A stretch of 64,000 nucleotides of DNA from Owenia fusiformis. Lineage: Eukaryota. Under the pieces are notes generated by a model, which searched no databases, had not been told where the DNA came from, and saw only the letters and a program-made list of their open reading frames with translations. Below, piece by piece: positions 35,901 to 47,900 of this stretch (the stretch's first letter is position 1; the number at the start of each line of letters is the position of its first letter). The stretch is from the NCBI GenBank assembly GCA_903813345.2, contig CAIIXF020000001.1, forward strand, positions 3,782,001 through 3,846,000, written 5' to 3'. A program made the translations under genes and the position numbers.

Positions 35901-38900
35901 TTCTGATTTAATAAAATTTCTTTGTATATTATGCCCCATTATCTTCTGTTTTTAGTATGTGCCAACAAGAGGGGAACATGTACTTGGGGTAGTGACCAAT
36001 CGCATGGGAGATGTTTATCGTGTTGATATAAGAGGAAGTGAACCAGCCTCACTCTCATTTCTCTCCTTCGAAGGGGCAACAAAAAGAAATAGACCTGACA
36101 TCAAGGTAAAGATTTAGTCCAGATAATAGATTTCATTTTGAAAAATATACATATTATAATATGACATACTCTTTGCAACAGTCTGATTTCGCTTCATCTA
36201 CACTTAGTTTTAATACTAGCCTCTGTATTCCTGGGATTATTACATGTACTTATGGGTAATTCTGGCAACAGAGTATTTGTTATATACTGATATAGAAGAA
36301 TAAATAGTTTGAGCCATATTGCTATAGTCTTCCAACTTTTTTGTGGATTGTATTTGGTGGTTGGTATAATTGGGGCTATATGGACACCCTATACAGGGTG
36401 TCAAAAAACAATGGCACTCCCCCCCCCCTCTATGTATATATTTGTACTTCTCTCATCTGCAGATAGGAGATCTTGTATATGGTAAATTGCTCTGTGCCAA
36501 CAAAGATATTGAGCCTGAGATGGTATGCATCGACAGCACAGGGAGGAGTAACGGAATGGGCGTCATAAGCTGCAATGGTGGCTTCATGTTTACATGTTCG
36601 CTAAACCATATACGCAAGTAAGTATTCACATGTACGAGTGTATAGAGTGCTTGCTTTAATGGTGATACACAAATATGAATTTGGTCAGCTTTTTAAAGGA
36701 CTTTTGTTATCCCGTGAATGAAGTTCTGTATGGACATTGAGAAGCTATCCTTTGTTTGTACAGGTATGTTCATATTCATCCCTCCATCTGTTTGGCTGAT
36801 AACTAATATAACAGTGGTCATGTTTTTGTTAAGTTGAACCTTGATGATTGAAGGCCCATTCATTTACATTGAACACAAATCTTTCCCTGATTTAAATCAA
36901 CAGATTTCAATGGTCCTTTTTCCATATAGAGCTTTGAAATCTCGTTAAAATCTCGTTTTTAAAGAGATTTTGGGAGATCTGCATTTTAACCCTTAAACAC
37001 TGCTACCCACCTAATTACACAGACGTATCGTCGGTGTATCATGGCGGAACTTCCTCCGGGACTAGGTTTCGGTAAGATTTTTTTATTTCCCGATTTACAC
37101 CTACTTATAAGTCACGTTGTGGATAATAATTTGGCTCGAAATTTAAGGAAGATAGTCTAGTTTGAGAATGTGTCGATGGTTTTAGGTTTTATATGTTAAC
37201 AAAGACACAATTCACGTATTTAGTCCCTCGCTTTTCTTACACTGACGAACGACCAATATCAGTGTAATATTGGCAATATTAACTCATTCAATACTGGGGC
37301 AAAAAGCACTATAATACTGACGATATTTTGAAAATTGCCATATATGGTACCTCTGAAATAATATATATTGTATATACATGGGCATACATATATAGTGTTA
37401 TATATCATTTTAAAGCATATGATATACTCTTTCAAAATGAATAGTCTTTTTAAGTCCAATTTTATAAGTTGTCATGGTTACAAGATTCCCAAAAATACAT
37501 TGGGTTTGTGCTTGGACTTGATATCACGTCCTTAGTAGTCAACGTATGTGCTTTATGACGTCATATCAAGTCCTTAGTAGCCGATCGTCAGTGTAAGAAA
37601 AGCGAGGGACTAAATACGTGAATTGTGTCTTTGTTAACATATAAAACCTAAAACCATCGACACATTCTCAAACTAGACTATCTTCCTTAACTTCGAGCAA
37701 AATTATTATCCACAACGTGACTTATAAGTAGGTGTAAATCGGGAAATAAAAAAATCTTACCGAAACTTAGTCCCGGAGGAAGTTCCGCCATGATACACCG
37801 ACGATACGTCTGTGTAATTAGGTGGGTAGCAGTGTTAAAGACGAATTTTTTTTTTAAGTTGATCCAAATGGAATTGTTTCTTAAATCAAAAAATTAAGTT
37901 ACTCTGGCAATACATTTACATGTATTCTAGCCCTACCCTTGCCCTACCAATACCCATGATGCCATCTATTTTCCATTTATATGGAAAAAGTTCAATTGAC
38001 CAACACTGTTTTCGTAATGCATACACATAACATAATAAATAATTAATTTGGTCATTGGCGTCATTTTCGCTCTGTATCTCAAGCTAAGTTGAGAGTGTGT
38101 GTAAATACAGAATATATATTTAAAGTCCCCGTCTAAAGTTTGAAAATATTTTTTTATCATTCATTTACTATTTGTCATGACTTAAAAAGTTATTTTAGAG
38201 ATTTTTGAAAAAAAAAATTTCTTGAGAAAAAAGTTGTGAGCATTTCATTTCTCAAATATTCAAATTTCCCGCCATTTTTCAAAAAAAGTTGAAATTTTTT
38301 AATTATCAAATATTTCTTAATGCATTTCAAAAAAGATTATCTTTTTAATACCAATGCAAAGATTGATCAAAGGACACACTATTTCAAGAATAAAATGCCA
38401 TATTTAATGGGCCACTTCAATGTTTTAGCATATCAAAAATATTTGAAACATTAGTGATGTCACTAAGGTAACAAAAACTTTTTGAAAAAAATTGAAATTT
38501 TTTTTTTTTCGATGTCAATCTTTTCTAAATATGCTAGACTTCAATAATAAACCAATGTTGATTGTCTAAAGGCCCGGTCACACCGCCCGGATGTGCTGGA
38601 GCGTTCCTTGAACGTTGAAAAAATTCATCAACGCTCGTCAACTCGCACAAAATGGGGGAAAAAAACAAAAACACGGGCATTGGATTAGCGGTGCACCGCT
38701 GAAGTCGGCGTTGCTTTAGTGTTGGTTAAGCGGTTGCGAGCGGTAGCTAGCGTTTGTTTAGCGGTAATGCGAGCGTTGGTATAGCGGCGTTCTGCGCATG
38801 AGAGCGTTGCTTCGGCGGGGGTATAAATAGCAGCAGCGTTGGTTTAGCAGCATAACGCGTTTGACTACTGGGAAATTATTTCAAGTGGGAAGTGTTTAAG

Positions 38901-41900
38901 AGTAAAGAACTTTATTGGAATTTGTAACTTTAACAAAAGTCCTTCAAGGATTAAAGAAGAAATGTTTTAAATCTAAAGTGCTTCTATTAATGTAATATGA
39001 CATTAAGAATGAATAACATTACAATTTTCTTTAATAATCTCTCATATCATTTCAAACAAACATATCACAATTTAATCGTTGCATTTCCATTACTTGGAAC
39101 CGATTTACGTTCAAATTGCTTTAACAATGTCAAATAACATTTACAGCAAAGCAATAATCATGACGCATGACAAATTTTTGCATTGCTGTGCGCGCATCAA
39201 CTTTTTGTATAATACCATGACGAGTGCAACATTTTACAAGCTGCGCAGAAAATTCACAGATAATTTATTGAATTGCTTGACGTGAAAACACTAGGTATAT
39301 ACTATATTTGAATAAAGGTCTCAGTAAAAGTCTATTTGTATTAACATTTAATGAAAAACAAAAATCGCATAATTCACCTTTTTAAAATCCAAAATCACAA
39401 ACTTTGAGCGCTTAATTTAGGAATTTACAATGCAAAAAATTGAAATGCCAGACATGAATATATATCAAATGTAAAATGCACAAGTGTCTCCACAGTGTTC
39501 TACACAGTGGTGCATTTCTCCACGTATTTATAGCCAAATTCTGGTCCCACTCCGACACCTCTATACCAACGCCAAAGCAAAGTTCATCGCCGCCATGGAA
39601 CGCTGCGACAACGTCCGACACCGTTCCAACAACCCCATGTACGCTGATAAAACGCTAACAACCGCTCCACCGACGTTTGTGCAACGTTTAATCGCCGCCC
39701 GGGCAACGCTGGCGAAGCAGCGGTGGTCCAGCGTTAAGATTTCTGCGTTGGTCTAGCGGATTCAAGCGTCCACGAACTTGCGTCTAGCGGTGCCAAACTT
39801 TGACTGGGCGTTGGTGGAGCGGTGATAAACTTTGCCAGGGCGTAAAATTGTCCCTTTTTCAACGGTCGCAATATTTTGAGCAGCTCAAAACTTTTGGAGC
39901 GTTAGGATGGCCACTCGAGAAACATCCGCGTTGGCCAAGCGTTTACAGCGTTGCTTTAACGGATGCCAACTTTTGTTAAACGGTGGTGAACGTTTACGAG
40001 CGTTGATGATTTTTTTCAACGTTCAAGGAACGCTCCAGCAACGTTTAGGCGGTGTGACCGGGCCTTAACCAGGTTAAAAGGAAGAATATATTATGTTTAA
40101 GATATCATTGTACCATTGGTTTCTATGAGAACTAAAATTTTGAAATGCATTTTTCTCAGAACCATTTTCATGAACTGGTAAGTTCATTTCTCGCTTATTT
40201 ATGAACTGATTTTCTTAATTTTTTCGGCAAAAAACATTTGAGGATGAATGCTATGCATTGGTATGAATTGTGGCTAACTAAAAGATATTTGTGACCTTTA
40301 AAAGTTAGTTTCAAATAAATTCACAAATTTTGGAACAAAAAGTCTATCAAGAACCACTTTTTGAAATTAAAAAAAAAAGTTTCACATATCACACTTTGAT
40401 AACATTGGGTAAGACTACAATATAAGCCAAAGTGGTTTAAACTTTATACGGGGCCTTTAAGTCACATGGACCAATCAGGTTGCAGGGAATTTCACCATCA
40501 TGGAATAAACTCATTTATTAACTAGAAAACTGGCTGAAGTATAAAAGATGTAATAAGATGCAATCAGCTATTTTATAAAATATGCACCCAGTACTGAAAG
40601 ATCTTGAAGTCTTCAACCATACAATTTTCTCTAGCTTCAGTTATAGGTATCCAATCCAATTTTGAGATGTTACGTTTATATGAAAATGTAAATGGCATAA
40701 AAGGGTGTATATTCATGAAATTAAAAAAAGTTGATTACTGAAATCCAGCTTGAAGTTGGAGAAAAGTTATGGCCTCCTATTAACATTACAGTTACAGAAG
40801 TTTGCTAGTTACAAAGTTTATTAAATAGTTCATTCATGAATATTTACAATAAGGAAATAAATTATGAAAAATCTATATCTTATTCAAATAATAAAATTAG
40901 GAACATATAGTACTTCTTACATTTTACCCTCTTTACGTCTAGTTCTTAAATATAAATTGAACACATACAATTAGCTTGTTAGATTGTTAGAGCATGCCGA
41001 CATCAGTTAGATAACCCTTCAATATCCAGGCCCATAGCCAGGAGGGGGTTCGATGACCCCCCCCCCCACCCCCGGCCACAAAATCTTTCAAAATCATGCA
41101 GTTTTTCATCATTCTGAGCATTTTTTAAGTGATATTGGCCATTTTTGGACCATAATTGACACAAGTGAACCCCCCTGGAATTTTTCAAAAAGTGAACCTC
41201 CCTTGGCAAATCCTGGCTAGGGGCCTGAATATCTGTATTGATCACACTATAGTCTGTTCAATGATTGACTGATATTTACAGTGTTTTTGGTTATCTACAT
41301 GGTGGTTATCTTAGTAGAAACTTCCTTATGTCCATCTGGTCCAAACTTATATATATTGGTATGATTCCCCGCACCAACCAATCTATCAATGTGACATTTT
41401 TTCGATTGGTCAAGACTGAAAAGTTGAAATTGTGAGTCTAAATCTGATGATGGATTAGATAGCTTTTTGAAGCAGACATTTGTACGGCTTTTATCACTTG
41501 GGTCATAGGACAAATAGAGATCTTGATTCAGAAATGAAACCAAATGCACAAGATTTGATGGGGCACCTTCTACCGGCTTTACAACAAAGAACCTTGGGTC
41601 TTCTTCCATACGATGAACATCTTTACGGGGAGGTTTGCCTCTGATCAGTGTGACGGGTGAAGATTCATGCGCTTTGTAACTTTTTTGAAGTTGCAGGAAA
41701 ATCTCCTTAAGGGTGCAAAGCATCATTATCCTTGTAGGACAATGGTTAGGTTCATCCATACCACTGAATGTGTAACATACAAATCGGAAAAACACTTTAT
41801 TTTTGTCATATGTCAACGGAGCCAAACAAATTTTATCCCCATTGAGTTTCAAGTAGTTGCCGGTTTTTATATTTTTCAGTTCAATAGGGATTGCACCATT

Positions 41901-44900
41901 CACTCTCATTATGCCATCTATATAATCAAATGTTAATGCGAAATCTTGAGTTATATCGAGTTCCTCACTGTGGACAGTAACATCACCACTGGATGTGATT
42001 TGAATACTTATTTTAAGTCGTATATACTGCTCAGTGGGTATAGGGATATGATCATTATTATTGACAGTTTCTCTACATAGAAGAATGTCAAGTGTTGTTG
42101 GGTTAATGTTTGTCATTGTATCGATTAAATGGCTGTGGTTCATTTCCTTTAGTGATACTCCCATGAACTCTATCAGCTTGTCGCCCTCTTTCAACCGCAT
42201 CTCATCAGCCAAACCACCACCTAAAACTTCAGTAATTTTATGACTGTACACTTGTTGAGCCTCCATGTTGGTTTCAAGTTTAGCGAGTATGTCCAATGTC
42301 TTGGTTTGTTGATTGTTTGTTGTGTCATTTAGTGAAGGCATTGTTCCATCAGTATATTCTACTTCAGTACAGTTTTGTATGGGATGGTAGAGATGTATAT
42401 TACTCGAATCCATTTTGTTAATTTGGAGGATAGCACCCTTGGTGTAAGTACTGGATCTTGTAGATCTCTGAAACAGATAAGTGTTTCTATTGATACCAGT
42501 TGTCAGATTTGGCTTTTTTGAACAAAGTTCAAGATAGATATCAACAACCCTGACAAACATTGAAATACACAGCAACATTTGGCAACATATCTAAATTGCT
42601 TAGGTTCTTAGAAAAAGAAAGGTGTGTGCTTATTGGAACATGTGTGTGTCTATAAAAGCCATATGAAGGGCCATATGGTATAAATACTGTAGATTGGGTT
42701 CATTTGGCACCTTCTTTAATTTGACGAATTTGGCAAAATAGAAAAAACGCCAATTTACATCTTTACCAAAATTAAGAAAGGATCCCCGGAAATTCCATCT
42801 GGTGTATATTTCCGGATTAGATTTTACAAAATCTGAAAAGAATTAGGGTGATAATCAGAACATGTCACCCCAAATTGGCTCATTGAAGGAATGTGTGTAA
42901 CAATTTGTATTTTGTTCCAGTGTATATGGAAATTGTAGCATCTAGTGTTCGCCAAATTGAAAAGCCGCAAATATGACAAAAATGGCAAAATCACCAAATT
43001 GAGTAGTACCAAATTAACCCAATCTACAGTACATGTTTATATCCTTTAGAGCAATGTGTTATCTTTATCAAAACCATGTCACTCCCCTAAATGCTCTTTA
43101 TCATGCAGAGCTTCTTAACTTGAAATGCACAATCAACAATCAACATGTCCTTGAAGTGTTTACTTTGAATTGACCTCATCCTTCAAAATCGAGCTTCACT
43201 GCTGTACAACATCTATGGAATGAATTATAATATGGCTTGGACCAAGGATGAAGTGACCTGACTTTCAATGAATGAGAGGTCATTATAGCATCCTTCTGCT
43301 ATCAAAATCAATGTGATCTACTTAAATATGATAATGAATCTGCAATACTTACCCAAGAATTTGTTTGTTGTCTGATTTCTCACTGAGTGTTCTCTTTCCT
43401 GATTGTTTGTTGTGCCGATCCTCTATTTTGCTGATCCTCTATTTTCCTGGTTCTCTATTATTATTCTGGCCAACTAGCTGTTCAACTAAAAGTGAAAAGT
43501 GTAGTTAAATCTCAAATCAGAATATGCATGTTATGTAGTCATATATTTATATTCAAATTCAATTCATTCACATGAGTAAATCAATATTGAAGTTTATTTG
43601 ATAAATACCAGTATTTAATGTGTTTTTTTACTGTGCATTCTTAAGAAGCGGGTTGCTCATCTAGAGTTACACAAACCGTCTCAAAGTTCATGTTCACAAG
43701 CTTCTTTGCTCTTAACATGTGATAAGGCTCAAATGACATGAATAGTAAGGTAATTACAATACCAGTATGTATGCTTTTAAGCGATTTGAAGTGTTTTTTT
43801 TGTTTACCTTCTTTTATATTTTTTGCTTGAATTAGATTTAATAAGGGTTAGTGAAGGGCATTTTTCAAAATATTTACACATCTTTCGGAGGATAGGTTGG
43901 TTAAAGTAGTTAAAGAGAGAATCAGAGATAGTGAGCAGCCTAACAAAAAATTGTTTCGATTTTAGAACATATCTGGCTTATGTCATTCCTTTTCATGTCT
44001 ATTTTCTATAAATCCCCAAAGTGCACACTTTATTTCAGGAAAACTAAAGATTGTTGCAATAATGTGTTATTTTTCTATAAGAATGGTTACCATTCTTATT
44101 ATTTGGGATAATTTAAACATTTTTCACCCATTTTTGCACCTTGAATCCATTATAACTTCACCAATTAGTAATATATCGAAGATCTTTTGGGAGATATTGT
44201 ATTTGAGATTGTAAGCAATAGATTAGTAGGTCAATTGGACATGTTGCTTGTAATTTTGTCACCCCTATAGATCTGATTCTGCCTTTAATTAGAAATTTAA
44301 ATCTGTTTCAGACCAACCTATCAAATGTACAGGGTGTTTCATAATGACCATCCCCCCATCCAGAGCCAATCCTAGATCATGTGGCCCCATAATCTATATA
44401 CCATGATAAAGGCTATTCAATTCTGGACTTATGTGCAAAATTTTAGCATGACTGGTCAATGAGAACATAATTTGTAAACTTATGTTGGATAGTCACTTTA
44501 CCCTCAGTTTGTGTGATTTGTGGGTACCATTTCTTATAGATTTAAAGAGAGGGACATATTGCTATATAATCCATTGAATCACTTAGAAGTCTCTTGGTAT
44601 TTCTTTGATATATTTTTATACTTTTGTCTTTCAAATATTACCGGGATATATCCTCAGCATATCCTCAGGCACATGGCTAATTTTGGAAAAAATGTAGCTT
44701 TCAGATCATGCTTAAGGTAAAATGGGTACCTTATGTAGAAGCATGAAGCAAGTTGTTAAGACTGTTGAGCTTACTCAAAGTTATTTAAATAAGTCTAGAA
44801 TTGAACAAGCTTTCATATGATATATAACATATGCTGGTATGCTATTTGGGATTGGCGGTTGATGGGGGGACGGTCATCATGAAACACCCTGTACAATCTA

Positions 44901-47900
44901 ACATACTCCAAAATTTAAATATATACTGTTCATCTGTTAGTTAGTTTGTCCACGCAAAAATTTGGCTGATGCCATAATTTTCAGTATTCAAAAAGCCACT
45001 ATTTTATTATTGATAACTCAGATACTGGTTGGCAGTTTAATATTATCAGGGATGGTGTCCAGTCATCAACTTTCGGTATTTTTTCAACTTGTTTCACATT
45101 GGCAAATGTTTTTTTCAAAATCATCTACAAGTTATAAGAAGTTCAAATTTGACTTCAGATTTGAGATTTGACCTTCAATGACCTTCTCAAGGTCTAAAAA
45201 AGTTTGTTTTTTTCAATTTGCTACAAATTGACCAATTTTTTTCTTCAAATTCCTCTACAAGTTCTCAGAAATTCAAAACTAAGATTGAACTAATAATATT
45301 GTGAGCAACTAGGTGGCAACATTTTCTCATGTTGATACCTTTTCATAGTCTTGCTTTAACCCCTTATGCCCCCCCCCCACCTATACACCATACCGCCACA
45401 ACAAGGGAAGGTGAAGTGAAATGTTTCTGAATATTAAGTACATTTATTCCTGATAAATTAATTAATTTAAAAAAAAGAAAAATAAACAAATAAGAAAATT
45501 TTAAGATGTAAAGATATAAAAAGATTTTAATATGTAGAAATAAATAGATTTTTCCTTTTGGCAAGATCGAAATATTTAACTGTACTTACCATTCAGAATG
45601 TGATCTTTGACTGAAATGAGATATCAGTAAGATTAGCTTTATTTAAAGTGTAGAGAATGTTAAGTGAGTCATGCACTTCCTGTGTATTACTGAAATTTTC
45701 AAATTTTATTAAGTTATTTTTCTCTTCCTGGTCCATTGTCTCTATTTTTCTTTCAAAATTTTTAATCTTCTTCCTGGTTCAAAGTCTTAAAACTAATTTC
45801 TGTCACCCAGCCAGTATGGAAGATGAGAACACTACCCTATTGGTAAATAAAGAAGAGCTTATTTAAATGTGTTTTTAATAACTTCACTTCTTTTAAGTAT
45901 GAGATCTTTTGAAAAAGGCACTTATCAAATCTGAATCTGCATGTGAGAGAGAGCGAGCTAATGAGTGTGTCACAGAGCCTGATTTAGAACTACCTGGTTT
46001 ATGACACGCATTATTAGATATTTACAAATTCCAAGCCAGTTCACTTGTCATACTAAAAAAATAATACTCCTACGCATAAATTGGTGGCTGTTAAATTTTG
46101 AATAAACTTCCCTGATTCTAAAAATAGGATTTGCATTCCAAGGGAAAAGGGAACTCTAAAATTAGCAGGTGTGACAAATATATGCATTTATAAGGTAAAT
46201 AAAATTGTCAAATATATCATGTGCTTGGATTACAAAGTTGTAGGATGCTTCATATGCCTTGCTTGCTGTGGCTACAATTGAATGAATTTTCCTGTACAAT
46301 AAAGCTAAATTGCAGAAAATTTTGATTGGCTCATTACTAGAAAATTAGGATGTTAGATCAAGGGGAATCTATATTAAATGGATGACTACAATTTCCATTT
46401 GTTAACATTTGATCTTCTGAAGAGGGAGGATTTTTTAAATATTATAGAAGTTTTCAATAGAAAGGTGTGATTCTGTTTTAAAAAACGTCAATATCCCCAG
46501 TAACATAAACCTTATTTTTCATGAGATATGATCAACATATAAACTTCCAGGTCATGATTGAATACATTCATATTAAATGTATGTATGTAATGTACTTTAA
46601 TGACTGTGAGCATTTCTTTGGTTTTCTTCAACAGTGAGGTCATCATAGTTTCAGTACTTGTACTATTAGTCCATATTCATTTACTAAGTTGATTTTCAGT
46701 CATGAAAAATATAAAAACTTCATACCTTTGTAATACAAGATGCTATTCTTTTAGTGTTCAAAGATGTGACACTTTTTGTATTTTGGGATGATTTTCCGTG
46801 GGCGTGGGCTATATTTTGAGTTTGTACGCCCACTCGGGGATTTCTGATCTTGTGGGGGCTGGGGGTATGTGCCCCAGGAATTTTTTCCAAAGACAAACTT
46901 TAAATATTCTATTCTGCTAAAACTTAATGGTTAAATATACAAATACAGAATCATCAATAAATGTGCAAACAAATTAATGCATTTTTAACACATTTTTAAT
47001 TTTTGTACCAGGCTTTCATATTGGTACTCGGTCAACTCGGACCCTAGTTAACTCGGACCCTAGTCAACTTGGACCCTAGTTAACTCGGACCCTAGTCAAC
47101 TCGGACCCAGTTATATTCAAAATAGATCAGAGGCATTTTGCTATATAAGAGGTGAAAGCAATTAACTTGCAAAATATTAAGAATATTGGAACAGTTTAAG
47201 ATATAATTCAATTCATTACTCAAATCTTTAAATAATGATGTTTATGTATATTCCTGATTGGTCAAAATAAATATTTTAAAACCTTTATACTTTTATGCTA
47301 GTTGCCTCATATGTGATCAAAATATTCTTTATAATTAAATAAGAATGATTTTGATTCATTTTATATTGACTTTATTTAGAATTTAGAATTTATCAAAAAC
47401 TTCATACCTTTGTAATACAAGCTGCTATTAATCCTCTTTTAGTGTTCAAAGATGAGACACTTTTTGTATTTTGGGATGATTTTCCGTGGGCTAGGGCTAT
47501 ATTTTGAGTTTGTACGCCCACTCGGGGATTTCTGATCTTGTGGGGTCTGGGGGTATGCGCCCCAGGAATTTTTTCCAAAGACAAACTTTAAATATTCTAT
47601 TCTGCTAAAACTTAATGGTTAAATATACAAATACAGAATCATCAATAAATGTGCAAACAAATTAATGCATTTTTAACACATTTTTAATTTTTGTACCAGG
47701 CTTTCATATTGGTACTCGGTCAACTCGGACCCTAGTTAACTCGGACCCTAGTCAACTTGGACCCTAGTTAACTCGGACCCTAGTCAACTCGGACCCAGTT
47801 ATATTCAAAATAGATCAGAGGCATTTTGCTATATAAGAGGTGAAAGCAATTAACTTGCAAAATATTAAGAATATTGGAACAGTTTAAGATATAATACAAT

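Larger units (their letters stand above)
43353..45740 (-). other. Candidate non-coding 5' exons of the nested PDZ/IL-1-like gene (about 45740-45590 and 43485-43353)
   Basis: Strong minus-strand donors G|GTAAGT at 45590/45589 and 43353/43352, and acceptor ttttag before 43485. The 43485-43353 exon has stops in all three frames, so it would be UTR. The upper exon carries a 47-codon upstream ORF (MDQEEK..KITF*). Confidence 0.4.

Noticed and set aside
39412-39756. Overlapping short ORFs in a GC-richer patch
   Set aside because: They lie in the subterminal repeats of a Harbinger-like element and have no transposase motifs.
42468-42578. N-terminal hydrophobic stretch [12 protein letters not shown] of the 427-aa ORF call as a signal peptide
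   Set aside because: It starts at a non-ATG codon and lies upstream of a good polypyrimidine-CAG acceptor at 42468, so it is most likely intronic.
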